A stretch of DNA of 64,000 bases. It comes from Acidobacteriota bacterium. GTDB lineage: Bacteria; Acidobacteriota; CAIWXX01. Positions 30,434-39,892 of this stretch are shown piece by piece. The notes under the pieces were generated by a model. That model had not been told where the DNA came from and did no database searches. It saw nothing but the letters and a program-made list of their open reading frames with translations. Made by a program: the position numbers and the translations under genes. Numbering within the stretch: position 1 is the first letter of the stretch; each line of letters opens with the position of its first letter. The stretch is from contig JBFMAF010000008.1 of assembly GCA_040755995.1 (NCBI GenBank), positions 32,001 to 96,000 of the forward strand, given 5' to 3'.

Positions 30434-32095
30434 ATGAATTCACAAGATCAACTTGAATTGACACCGACGGCGCTCGAGCACGCGCAGAACCCGAGAAACT
30501 ACGGACCGCCGGGATCATTCAACGGGCATGCCAGAATCACTGGGCCTTGCGGAGACACGATGGAGTTCTGGCTTCAGATTCGGCACAACAGGGTGCTCAA
30601 GGCATCCTTCATCACCGACGGATGTGCTCCGTCGCTTGCCTGCGGAAGCGTGGCCACGTGCCTGCTCGATGGCAAGTCCCTCAGCGATGCACGTGCGCTC
30701 CGGCAACAGGACATCCTTGGCGCACTGGGCGGCCTTCCTGACGAGGTCGCGCATTGCGCGCTTCTCGCCGCTGACACACTGAGGGCTGCCTGCGAGGATT
30801 ACAATCGGGACAAGCCAACAGAAGCGCAGCCGACAGCCGGGGCGACATGCGAATCCTGCAACGATTCGTCGTCTTCTCCCCAGCAGCCCCGCCCCGGTGA
30901 GAGCGAGAAGGATTTCGAGGATCGTCGAAAGCTCGCGGCGCGGCTCTGCCGAATCCGCCACAGAATCGTGGTGCTCTCAGGCAAGGGCGGCGTAGGGAAG
31001 AGCATGCTGGCGGTCAATCTCGCGGTCGCACTAAAGCTGGCCGGCCGGCAGGTAGGGCTTCTCGACGTGGACATCCACGGCCCCAGCGTGCCGACCATGC
31101 TGGGGCTGGAGGGGACCAACGTGCACGGAGCAGACGGAGAGATGATCCCCGTGGACCTGGGTGGGCTGAAGGTCCTTTCCACGGGCTTCTTCCTCAGAAG
31201 CCAGGACGACGCCGTGGTCTGGAGAGGACCCCTGAAGATGGGTGTGATCAAACAGTTCTTGCAGGACGTCGCCTGGGGCGACCTGGATTTCCTGATCGTA
31301 GACTCACCACCAGGCACCGGCGATGAGCCGTTGAGCGTCTGCCAGCTGCTGGGGAAGATGGATGGAGCGATCATCGTAACAACCCCGCAGAAGGTAGCTG
31401 CCGTCGACGTCCGCAAGTCGATTTCGTTCTGCAGACAGGTCGGCGTGCCCGTGCTTGGAGTGGTGGAGAACATGAGCGGCTTTGCCTGCCCGCATTGCGG
31501 TGAGATCACCCATATCCTGCGTACAGGCGGAGGAAGGCGCATAGCGGAGGACATGAACGTGCCGTTTCTCGGCTCGATCCCGATTGATCCGATGATCGCA
31601 GCAACCGGGGACGAGGGAGAGGTGCTCGTCGAGCACCAGCCCGACTCGGCAACCGCACGTATCCTGCGGGAGATCATCAGGCCCATCCTGGCGCTGGACG
31701 GTGCGGACGAACTGGAAGGCAGTGGAGTGGATTCGGAGAAAAAAGAGGAGAGAACCATGCGGATCGCGATACCCCTGGCAGACGGAATGCTGGCGATGCA
31801 TTTCGGTCATTGCGAGAAGTTCGCCCTGCTCGACGTGGACATGACAAAGAAGGAGATCGTCAAACGGGACGATGTAGAGGCGCCCCCGCACCAGCCGGGC
31901 CTGTTGCCGAACTGGCTCGCCCAGCGCGGCGCGCACGTGATCATCGCAGGCGGGATGGGACAGCGCGCGCTGGGGCTGTTCAGCCAGCAGGGCATAAGAG
32001 TCATGGTAGGCGCGCGCGCAGAGACGCCGGAACGCCTGGTACAGAACTTCCTCGCCGGAGCGCTCCAGCTCGGCGACAACGTCTGTGACCACTGA
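30434..32095 (+). CDS. IscU/NifU-N + Mrp/NBP35 ATPase + NifB/NifX fusion protein
   Basis: GPCGDTM, DGC, HCA; SGKGGVGKS, VWRGP, DSPPGTGD, CPHC; HFGHCEKF, AGGMG, NVCDH. Confidence 0.88.
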   Translation: MNSQDQLELTPTALEHAQNPRNYGPPGSFNGHARITGPCGDTMEFWLQIRHNRVLKASFITDGCAPSLACGSVATCLLDGKSLSDARALRQQDILGALGGLPDEVAHCALLAADTLRAACEDYNRDKPTEAQPTAGATCESCNDSSSSPQQPRPGESEKDFEDRRKLAARLCRIRHRIVVLSGKGGVGKSMLAVNLAVALKLAGRQVGLLDVDIHGPSVPTMLGLEGTNVHGADGEMIPVDLGGLKVLSTGFFLRSQDDAVVWRGPLKMGVIKQFLQDVAWGDLDFLIVDSPPGTGDEPLSVCQLLGKMDGAIIVTTPQKVAAVDVRKSISFCRQVGVPVLGVVENMSGFACPHCGEITHILRTGGGRRIAEDMNVPFLGSIPIDPMIAATGDEGEVLVEHQPDSATARILREIIRPILALDGADELEGSGVDSEKKEERTMRIAIPLADGMLAMHFGHCEKFALLDVDMTKKEIVKRDDVEAPPHQPGLLPNWLAQRGAHVIIAGGMGQRALGLFSQQGIRVMVGARAETPERLVQNFLAGALQLGDNVCDH

Positions 32096-32537
32096 GCACC
32101 TGCCCGCGGACGGCGCCGCCAACGGCCACCGTCATTGCCTGTTCTGCGGCGACTGGAACCCGGCGTCCCTCAGGCTGAGTTTCACCGTCGGCCATGATGG
32201 GATGGTTCGGTCAATCTTCCACGCCAACCCCAGGCTACAGGGTTACGACGGCATCCTGCACGGCGGTGTCGTCGGCGCTCTTCTGGACGCGGCCATGACA
32301 CACTGTCTGTTCCATCATGGTGTCCAGGCATTGACGGGGGATCTGCGCGTGCGTTTTCGAAAGCCGGTCCCCTGCGAGGCACTCCTCGAGCTGCGTGCCT
32401 GGCTGCTGTCCGAGAGGCCGCCGCTCTATCGGCTCGCCGCCGAGCTTCTCCATGACAACCATGTCGTCGCCAAGGCCGAGGCCAAGTTCATGCGAAGAGG
32501 GGCGGCGAGCAGGCATCCCCTCGTCCGCGCCGTATAG
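32085..32537 (+). CDS. PaaI family hotdog thioesterase
   Basis: CLFCG..NP, QGYDGILHGG, LLDAAM, VRFRKPVP. Confidence 0.88.
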   Translation: MTTEHLPADGAANGHRHCLFCGDWNPASLRLSFTVGHDGMVRSIFHANPRLQGYDGILHGGVVGALLDAAMTHCLFHHGVQALTGDLRVRFRKPVPCEALLELRAWLLSERPPLYRLAAELLHDNHVVAKAEAKFMRRGAASRHPLVRAV

Positions 32538-32557
32538 CCGCGGTCAGCGTACCGGCA

Positions 32558-32992
32558 TTACGCCGGTGTGACGATACGGAAGCAGCCGAAGATCGCGAAG
32601 TCGCGCGGGTCGGCGGTCAAGAGGTCCGTCACCCCATTTGTGAAGTAGGTCGCGCCCAGCAACGTGTCGAGAATGCGCTTCCTCCCGAGCCGGTGCTTCT
32701 CCATCCACGACAGGAACAGGGACGTCGCATCCGCGTCGGGGAACACAGGTCTCACCTCGCGCGCGTTCCACCAGAACGCTGCCCTCTCGATGGCGCGTGG
32801 CAACGAGAGCGGCCGCAGGAACCTGCGCGGATCCGTCGTGACGTGAATGAACTCTGCCAGAACCTGAGCGGCGAGGCAGGCGCATTCCGGACGCCCCGCC
32901 ATGGACTTGCGGACGTAGCTCAGCGCAAGGTCATGTCCCGGCGTTTCCTCGATCTCCGCCTGGACGAGGAAGGTGGTGTCAATCCCGAGCAC
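32558..32992 (-). CDS. PIN domain (VapC) toxin
   Basis: IDTTFL, VLAEF, ILDTLL, TADPRDF. Confidence 0.85.
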   Translation of the reverse strand: MLGIDTTFLVQAEIEETPGHDLALSYVRKSMAGRPECACLAAQVLAEFIHVTTDPRRFLRPLSLPRAIERAAFWWNAREVRPVFPDADATSLFLSWMEKHRLGRKRILDTLLGATYFTNGVTDLLTADPRDFAIFGCFRIVTPA

Positions 32993-33218
32993 GGAGCATC
33001 TCTCCCAGCAGATCGTCGCGCCGAGTGAGGGGCTTCAAGACCTTCCCAACCGAGCTGGGACGCAGGTCTGCCAATGAGGTCCGCGGCCGTATCCGCCGAT
33101 CCCGGTACTCCATCATGGCCTCGCGGATCAACTCTGAGGTCGTCCGGTCGTTGTGGCCAGCGTACTCCTGAAAGTCCCTGTAGACGGGTTCGGATACATT
33201 TATCGTTATCGTCTTCAT
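32979..33218 (-). CDS. Ribbon-helix-helix antitoxin
   Basis: MKTITINVSE...SELIREAM; overlaps PIN start. Confidence 0.82.
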   Translation of the reverse strand: MKTITINVSEPVYRDFQEYAGHNDRTTSELIREAMMEYRDRRIRPRTSLADLRPSSVGKVLKPLTRRDDLLGEMLRARD

Positions 33219-33301
33219 ACATGTATCTTAATGTATCCCCACCTGCGCGTCAAACTGGCCCTCAGTATGTGACCTACGAACCCCGACTGCCTCGGCTCAG
33301 G

Positions 33302-33973
33302 TCAGGTAGGGAGCGCGTTCCGCTGCTCGGGCGTCGCGATCTTCCGCGCCACGTCGAGCATCTTCTGACGGCCGTAGCTGTAGTGGTGCTCCAGCAAGCC
33401 AGCTATCCGCCGAGCGTATTCCTCGGGTTCGGCCGTCGCGGAGAGAACCTTGAACCAAGCCGGCAGCACCCTCTCCCAGTCGACGCAGACCTGCCACGAC
33501 CCAGCCTCGTCGGCGAAGAAGATGATCTCCTCGCGGTAGTCGTCGATGCGGTCCAGCAGTTCGAAGATAATGTCGAAGGCATGGCGTACCTCCGCTGGCG
33601 CCCCTGTCTTCACCATGGCTATGCAGCGATCGAGTAGCCGGTGGCATTCCGCTATCCAGGCTCGCGTCGCAGTGGACATCTCCCGGTAATTCCTGGAATT
33701 GACGTTGAAGCTCTCGTAGTACTCGCGGGCCAGACTGGCCTTCTGGAAGGCATTCACACCTGCGAGGAGGTCTCGTTTGGGCTCGCCGGCCGGTTGGAGC
33801 TTCTCGGGGTCGATGTACTTCTTGACCAGCTTCAGGAGCTTCGTCGGAGGCAGCAAGTCAATGGCATCCTGCAGCATGTAGAAGACATACTCGTCGCCCA
33901 TCTTGCGGATGGCGGCGCGGAGCTTGTCGCGATCAACTGTTGGGCAGCCATGGACTACCGCCCGCGCGCCCAT
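33302..33973 (-). CDS. Hypothetical protein
   Basis: Long protein-like ORF (YYESFNVNSRNY, IIFFADEAGSWQ) coupled to the upstream gene; start uncertain. Confidence 0.65.
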   Translation of the reverse strand: MGARAVVHGCPTVDRDKLRAAIRKMGDEYVFYMLQDAIDLLPPTKLLKLVKKYIDPEKLQPAGEPKRDLLAGVNAFQKASLAREYYESFNVNSRNYREMSTATRAWIAECHRLLDRCIAMVKTGAPAEVRHAFDIIFELLDRIDDYREEIIFFADEAGSWQVCVDWERVLPAWFKVLSATAEPEEYARRIAGLLEHHYSYGRQKMLDVARKIATPEQRNALPT

Positions 33974-34314
33974 CGTCGGTAGGCCTCGATCCACTCTGAG
34001 CCCTGGGGCGGCGGGTCGGGCAGCGGCAGATCGAGGATTGGAATGCACTGGCGCGACTTCCCGCGTGCGCACGCCACGACGACTTGCCCGTCCTCCGTCA
34101 TGTCAAGTCGCTCGACGGTGACCTCTACTCCGAGCACCTCGGTGCCGAATGGCATCGCCAGATGGTCCTCCAGCATCGTATAGAACCCCGTGGTCTGCTC
34201 AGACTCATCGTATGCATCGACGATCGCCTCCTGGATGAGTCGATCCAGCTTCGCCGTCGATAATAGCTCGGAACGCCCCCTCTTCTTCGGTGCGGGTCTC
34301 GTTGCTCTGGGCAT
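33955..34314 (-). CDS. CcbP-like calcium-binding family protein
   Basis: EAIVDAYDESEQ..GFYTMLEDHL..PF...WIEAYRRW. Confidence 0.7.
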   Translation of the reverse strand: MPRATRPAPKKRGRSELLSTAKLDRLIQEAIVDAYDESEQTTGFYTMLEDHLAMPFGTEVLGVEVTVERLDMTEDGQVVVACARGKSRQCIPILDLPLPDPPPQGSEWIEAYRRWARGR

Positions 34315-34375
34315 CGTCCTCCTCACCTCTCGTCATGGATTTGACGAGAGTCTTCACCATGGTACCAGACGACCT

Positions 34376-34403
34376 GTTCCCGGATGAATTCGCCCCTCTT
34401 CAC
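34376..34403 (-). pseudogene. HicA toxin 5' remnant
   Basis: GTG overlapping the hicB stop encodes MKRGEFIRE, then HicA-like sequence is lost. Confidence 0.45.
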
Positions 34404-34609
34404 GCGACATCCAGCGCGATTTCCAACGTTTGCGCGCCCGGGTGAGATGGTGCGCCCTCATCCTCCATCACCAGCGCATAGGCATCCTGGATGTTCGCTC
34501 GTAGCTCATCCAGTGTTTCGCCCTGGCTGAAAACGCCGGGCACCTCCCTCAACCTGCCGACGTACCAGCCATCATCGATCCAATACTCAAGAGTGAAGTG
34601 CCGTTGCAT
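34400..34609 (-). CDS. HicB family antitoxin
   Basis: DGWYVG...VPGVFSQGETLDELRANIQDA. Confidence 0.85.
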   Translation of the reverse strand: MQRHFTLEYWIDDGWYVGRLREVPGVFSQGETLDELRANIQDAYALVMEDEGAPSHPGAQTLEIALDVA

Positions 34610-35040
34610 CTCGATGCCTCACTTGATTCCGTCCGCCCATCATTTCGAGCATTGCCCGGCGCGTGTTTGCATGATCTGCAAGAAGACCTCCGCGTCCGGC
34701 TCTCGTCTCACATAATACGTGGTGCCGTGACCCCCGGTCAACATGCCTGCCGTCCACGATGAATGATTGAATGATGGCGAAGTGGGTAGAACGTGCGGTG
34801 CTGACTGTGGTATCCCACTGGCCGGCCCGAGGGCATGACGACGCGTTCGAGAGATGCCGCCGATACTGCTCGCCAGAGTTGACCGATCCACCGGAACGCT
34901 CTTTTCCCCCCAAGTGGTCATTTCCTGCAGGTGTTTCCTCTTATTTCAATAGCTTACAAGCGTCGGAAACCATTCTGTTCATGCGCATGAACTCTTGTGG
35001 TGGGTCAGTTCAAGTGAGCCTGCCTGGCTCAACAGAATCC

Positions 35041-35383
35041 AGAGGTTGCGAGGCAGTATCTGCTCGCCGATGGGCACAGAGTAGTCAGTGCCGGCGCATA
35101 GCCCCACCGCGATCCCACCGGCGGCGAGTATGATCTCTTCCGGCACGTAGACGCAGAAGGTTCCGAAGACTTTGCCGCCTCTTTCCTTGTGTTCAACCAG
35201 CTCTTTCACGCGTACCCCATGGATTTCCGATACGACATAGTCGTAGAAGCCCATGGCCCGAGGCCGTTCCTGTTGGCTCAGATATATCCTGTCGTAGACA
35301 ACGGGCAACAGCTCCATCAGCATGTCGTGAGACTGCATATTGATATCCAGTTTCTCCCACATGGCGCGATATTCCCGACTCAC
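35041..35383 (-). pseudogene. 2-hydroxyacyl-CoA dehydratase / double-cubane cluster protein family, 3'-truncated
   Basis: EIHG.RVKEL, GTFCVYVPEE, GLCAG, LPRNL, then unrelated sequence where a Cys is expected. Confidence 0.78.
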
Positions 35384-35426
35384 TTTTCCTCTCCTTTTGT
35401 AACGCAAACGCGACTGGACGGGATTG

Positions 35427-35777
35427 TCACAACGTGACGACACGATCGGCGTTCAGCATCGCCGTGATCATGTGGTCCATGCCACTGACGATGCCAATGG
35501 CAACTTCATCCTGCAAGCCAAAGGCCTCCAGGCAGGTCGAACACAGCACCAACTGGACGCCCTGGTCGGCCAAAGCGCGGAGCTCGTTCAACACCGGCGA
35601 GCCTCTCACGCAGAGTTTGACTCCATCGGTGTAGAAGCAAAGTTGCGCAGGCAACGGGTCGGTCAAGCCCAGAAGTGTCAGGGCTTTCTTGACCAGCTTG
35701 ATCTTGAGGTCGGCATTCTCGGTATGGCCCATGCCATACGAGTTGAAAACGAAAACGGTATTCGACGGGGAAGACAT
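35427..35777 (-). CDS. DsrE family sulfur-relay protein
   Basis: FYTDGVKL, LCSTCL, GIVSGM. Confidence 0.85.
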   Translation of the reverse strand: MSSPSNTVFVFNSYGMGHTENADLKIKLVKKALTLLGLTDPLPAQLCFYTDGVKLCVRGSPVLNELRALADQGVQLVLCSTCLEAFGLQDEVAIGIVSGMDHMITAMLNADRVVTL

Positions 35778-36073
35778 GTTGCGCTCCTTCGTTGTCGGTC
35801 AGGGTACAGGCTGCGTATGGCGCCACCTTTCGCGGCGACGTCGGAGCCTGCAACAGTCAGCGGCGGAGGGTAGTTGAGGTGACGTCGCCAGCAAAGGGCT
35901 CTGCCAACGCGGCAACTCTGGACAGTGAATGCATCCCGTGCATTCCGCCCACGCGGAATCACGTATGGCGAAGTGGCAGAGCCATGGCGTCACCCCCTTC
36001 CAATGCGAGAGTCGGTCGAAAAGGCGCGAGGCATCAACGACATTCTATCCTGAGATAGACGCTCATTGCCCAC

Positions 36074-36793
36074 TCATTCCCACCCCTCATCGAAAATCTG
36101 CGCTCGATCGAGCTCGACCCAGCAGCGGAGTGCCAGCTCACGGATTGTGCCCATGTAGGCGGGCGTATTGTCTCCGTGTTGCCTCATGAGCGCCTGGACC
36201 TCGGCATCGATCTTCGCGATGACACTGCTCTTGGTGCGCAACCGTAAGCACCGGCCACCTGAGATGAAGAGTGCCTCGGGAGTCGGTGCGGAATTGGGCA
36301 GGATGGAGATCGTCCCGCGCCCGAGGCTGGCGCCGGTCGATACTTGCAGGCCATCATTGAGGCAACTCACCGGAGGCTGCTGGCCGGCGCTGCTCTCGAC
36401 ACGAATGTCGTCGAGCGAAGCGCCCAGCAGCTCGCGGGCGCGCGTCCCCATTTTCACGCCGATGAGCGAGTAGATGCCAAGGTGGCGGTGAAGCTCGTTG
36501 CAGATCACGGCCGCCGCCCATTCCTCCTCGCCGTGCCTCGCGATGATGTCCGCTATCAATGGCCGGAGGTCATCTTGGAACAGGTCTGGCGATGTGGGGA
36601 ACTGGCGGAAGACTACCGGCTGACGCCGCTCAAGGGCAGCCGGTATGGATCGGGCGGTTTCGCGGGCGTGCACAGGAGCGCCTTGGCTGACATGGGAGTC
36701 CATCCCATCGTCGCAGCGCAGCCACCGAGGGATACTGGCCAGCGACAGCACACAGATCGCAACGAGAACGACCCGCCGAGAGTCAGTCGACAT
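36074..36793 (-). CDS. FmdE family protein, exported
   Basis: ELHRHLG...GVKMG, SCLNDGLQVSTGASLG; signal-like N-terminus. Confidence 0.8.
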   Translation of the reverse strand: MSTDSRRVVLVAICVLSLASIPRWLRCDDGMDSHVSQGAPVHARETARSIPAALERRQPVVFRQFPTSPDLFQDDLRPLIADIIARHGEEEWAAAVICNELHRHLGIYSLIGVKMGTRARELLGASLDDIRVESSAGQQPPVSCLNDGLQVSTGASLGRGTISILPNSAPTPEALFISGGRCLRLRTKSSVIAKIDAEVQALMRQHGDNTPAYMGTIRELALRCWVELDRAQIFDEGWE

Positions 36794-36805
36794 CTTCGCA
36801 TCCTC

Positions 36806-38785
36806 CTACAGGTGAAGTGTGAGGCCGAACATCACGTTGGCACCCGGCATTGGGTAGCCGAACTTCTGCTGGTGTGAGGTATCGGTGAGGTTCTCACCAG
36901 CCGCGAAGAGCTGGGCCCGCAGCTTGTCCGCCGCCTGGATGTCATAGGTGAGCTTGGCGTTGAGCAGGAAGTATGAGTTGACCTGGAGTGTGTTGAGGGC
37001 CCCGCGCTGGCGCGCTCGCGAAGCCACCCAGTGCTTGCCAACGTAGACTCCGTCGAGATTGCACTGGAGCCGCTGCAGGAAGCGGTGTGCGAGGCCGAAG
37101 CTGCCAGTCCATTTCGGTGCATAGGGCAGATCCGCAGGCGACGCGTCCAGATAGGTGAGTCCGCCGAAGGCGGATGTCCGCGCCTGGGGCTTGAGCGTCA
37201 CCACCGTCTCCACGCCCTTCGTGTGCGTGTTCCCGACGTTGGTCCAGACAGGAGGGAAGGGCGGGGGAGGAGCGAGCACGATGCGCCCGGAGGCATCGTC
37301 CGAGAACAGGGTGATGTCGATCTTGGCCATGTCGCCAAGTCCCTGCCCGACACCGAGCTCGAAATGATCGGCTCTCTCGGCGCTGAGAAGCTCTTGCCGG
37401 TTCTGTCCCGGGATGAAGACCCTGCTCAAGGTGTCCACGTACACGCCCGGGAAATTGACTCCTCGCGCATAAGCAGCGTGCAACTCAGTGCTGTTGACGC
37501 CGACTGCCACGCCCACTTGGGGCGCCAGTTCATCACCGAATCGATCGTGGGAAAGGAACCGAACGCCGGCAGAGGGCCTCACCCACACACCACTGCCGGT
37601 TTGGAAGCGCTGGGACAGGGCCAGATGTGGACCAATGATGCGGTAAGTCTCGCGATCGAAGTCGACCTCCGGCATGGGAGGGTCCACGAAACGCACCTTG
37701 CCGCTGATGTTGTCGACATCGAGTCCCGCGATGATTTCGCCACCATCCCAGGGTTGAAGCGTCTCGCGGACTCTCAAGCCGTAGTTGTCGAAGTTGGTAA
37801 AGGTGTTTTCGTCGTTCAGCCCGCTGAGCTCATCGTGCTGGCCCGTCCAGTCAATGCTGCCCCGCTCCCAGTAGCCCTTCACATAGCCCTGCACCCTCCC
37901 CTGCTTGTGATACAGCGACGCGACCGTGAAGTAGTCGTCCACGCTGAAACGGCCGTCGCGATAGACCTGGTCCGGTGGCACCAGACTCTGTGACGGGCCT
38001 GGATCATCTGCCCAACTTGCGACGCGGTTGAATGTGAGATCGGCCTCCCAGTGCCCGTTGAGCGCATAGCCGATCCGGCCGAAGTAGCTCTGGACTTCAC
38101 CGCTTGCATGGTCGCGGTGCCCCTCTGAGGCTCGGTAGCTCTGTACGAGGTAGTAGTCAAGAGGCCCCTTCTTGCCACCATGCTCAGCGACCTCGACTCG
38201 AGTGTCGTACGAACCAAGAGCGCCCTCCAGCCGCGTCGAGAAGCCCTCATCTTCCATCCGCTTCGGGACGACGTTGACCACCGCAGAAGCCATGTTCCCG
38301 AAGAGCACCGGCTGGGTCCCTTTGTACACTTCGACAGAGTCCGCAAGGTCGATGCTCAGCACGTCCATAAGCGGATGCGTCCAGACGCTCACGAACCTGG
38401 CGATCCCATCGGTGGCTATCTGTGTCTCGGCACCAGGCCGGGATGAGCCCTGGCCGCGGATGAAGACGGCGCCCCCTTCTCCGCCGCCGAAGCTGCCTAC
38501 GGGATTGTGGCGCGAGACCAGCACGCCTGGCGTCTTCCGGAGCGCAGCCAGCAGGTCCTGCGCGTTCAAGCCCTCGATCTGGTCCCGCGCGATGACCGTG
38601 ACCTGGCTGCCCAGTGAATCCACTTTGTTGCCCTCGATCACCGGCGTCCCCACGACTACAACTTCGTGGGACGGGTGCGTGGTCTCCGCCTGAGTCTCCG
38701 GGTCATGCGGATTCGTCTCCACCGCCAGGGCGAGAACCCCGCTTCCAAGAGCGACGCCCAGAGTTAACGCGAGTGTCCACTTCAT
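36806..38785 (-). CDS. TonB-dependent receptor, probably nickel-related
   Basis: Signal peptide, plug (TPGV, IRG, VEVYKG), ENLTD...PG C-terminus; coupled to nikR. Confidence 0.88.
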   Translation of the reverse strand: MKWTLALTLGVALGSGVLALAVETNPHDPETQAETTHPSHEVVVVGTPVIEGNKVDSLGSQVTVIARDQIEGLNAQDLLAALRKTPGVLVSRHNPVGSFGGGEGGAVFIRGQGSSRPGAETQIATDGIARFVSVWTHPLMDVLSIDLADSVEVYKGTQPVLFGNMASAVVNVVPKRMEDEGFSTRLEGALGSYDTRVEVAEHGGKKGPLDYYLVQSYRASEGHRDHASGEVQSYFGRIGYALNGHWEADLTFNRVASWADDPGPSQSLVPPDQVYRDGRFSVDDYFTVASLYHKQGRVQGYVKGYWERGSIDWTGQHDELSGLNDENTFTNFDNYGLRVRETLQPWDGGEIIAGLDVDNISGKVRFVDPPMPEVDFDRETYRIIGPHLALSQRFQTGSGVWVRPSAGVRFLSHDRFGDELAPQVGVAVGVNSTELHAAYARGVNFPGVYVDTLSRVFIPGQNRQELLSAERADHFELGVGQGLGDMAKIDITLFSDDASGRIVLAPPPPFPPVWTNVGNTHTKGVETVVTLKPQARTSAFGGLTYLDASPADLPYAPKWTGSFGLAHRFLQRLQCNLDGVYVGKHWVASRARQRGALNTLQVNSYFLLNAKLTYDIQAADKLRAQLFAAGENLTDTSHQQKFGYPMPGANVMFGLTLHL

Positions 38786-39207
38786 ACAGGCATGTCCTTT
38801 CCGGTGGTAGTGACAGTCAACTTCCCGTGCTTGACGCCCTTGGATCCAATCAGAGCGTCCGCCACGGCCTTGATACGCCTCGCCCTGCCGCGCACCGCAA
38901 GCACCTCCATGCAGTTGTCGTGATCCAGATGAACATGCAACGTGGCGATAATGAGCCTGCCGTGATCGTGCTGGATGCTCGTCAACAGCTCCTGCAGGTG
39001 GCGCTTGTGATGGTCGTAGACAAGCGTGATGGTCCCGGCAATCTCGCGGTCGCCCAGCTCCCGCCGGTGCTCCACGAGCTGCGCGCGCGCCATGTCCGCT
39101 ACGGCGTGCGACCGGTTGTCGTAGCCCCGCTCCCTCGCCATTCGATCCAGATCGCGGGCAATAGGGGCAGGCAAGGAAATGCTGAAACGAACTGCCGACT
39201 CTTTCAT
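38782..39207 (-). CDS. nikR: Nickel-responsive regulator NikR
   Basis: RFSISL, GYDNRS, YDHH, HVHLDHDNCMEV, GVKHGKL. Confidence 0.95.
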   Translation of the reverse strand: MKESAVRFSISLPAPIARDLDRMARERGYDNRSHAVADMARAQLVEHRRELGDREIAGTITLVYDHHKRHLQELLTSIQHDHGRLIIATLHVHLDHDNCMEVLAVRGRARRIKAVADALIGSKGVKHGKLTVTTTGKDMPV

Positions 39208-39208
39208 A

Positions 39209-39236
39209 GTGTTACGCTCCCATGCAATCGTAACAC
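39209..39236. promoter_or_regulatory. NikR operator overlapping the nikR -10 and RBS
   Basis: Perfect inverted repeat GTGTTACG-N12-CGTAACAC (28 bp); minus-strand TTGACC 39254-39249 and TACGAT 39232-39227. Confidence 0.85.
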
Positions 39237-39530
39237 ATTCGCGAACTGGGTCAAGAGCTTTCAGCGCTTCTTCAGGGGCCGGCTCAAGCCCCGGCAGATG
39301 GCGATTCTGCATCCCCCTCACCGCGCCAGATTGCGGTGGTACAATCAGCGGCCGGGCACCGCTCAGTGTCTACTTCGGCTCATAGGTGCGCCCGAGCTCT
39401 TCCGGAGAATGCACCGCCTCGATGGCCGTCTGCACAGCCCTGCTCCTGGCACAGCATTTCCCGGCGCGTTCATCACCTGCAACCCGGGCCGCCAACGCCG
39501 CCCCTCGGGCAGCCGCGCGGGCTCGGAGCC

Positions 39531-39884
39531 TCAGTAGCTGTGCGTGCCCAGGATGACCTGGATGCCGAACTTGCTCTCGAGCGTGGGCTTCAGCGCCTCG
39601 AAGTCGATCGGGCACTGCGCCGTCTCCATCGCCAGCTTGACGCAGGTGCCGAGGTGAAGCACCTCGATCGGCCGCCCGAGGTTTTTCGTCAACTCGTTCA
39701 GCAGCTTCACACGCGGGACGGCGAGTCCCGGGCAGTCGCCGCAGTCCGTCATCGCAACTAGCTCGATTGTATCGTGGCGAGCGTACTCGCCGTTCTTCTC
39801 GGCCATCCCCTTGAAGCACTTCGCGCAGGCGATGCACGAGTGATCCTGGATTCTCCTGCAGTACAACACAGCTATTCTCGCCAC
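39531..39884 (-). CDS. CGGC domain metal-binding protein
   Basis: C...CIACAKCF, DCGDCPG, HLGTC, CP, terminal GTH; AGGAGG before GTG. Confidence 0.85.
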   Translation of the reverse strand: MARIAVLYCRRIQDHSCIACAKCFKGMAEKNGEYARHDTIELVAMTDCGDCPGLAVPRVKLLNELTKNLGRPIEVLHLGTCVKLAMETAQCPIDFEALKPTLESKFGIQVILGTHSY

Positions 39885-39892
39885 GGAACCTC

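Noticed and set aside
20877..32095. Nitrogen fixation cluster
   Set aside because: NifX/NifU-like domains only; no nifHDK or nifEN; gene set fits Orp
35891..35906. Possible sigma-54 promoter upstream of dsrE (TGGCAGAGCCCTTTGC, minus)
   Set aside because: GG-GC spacing is 11, not 10
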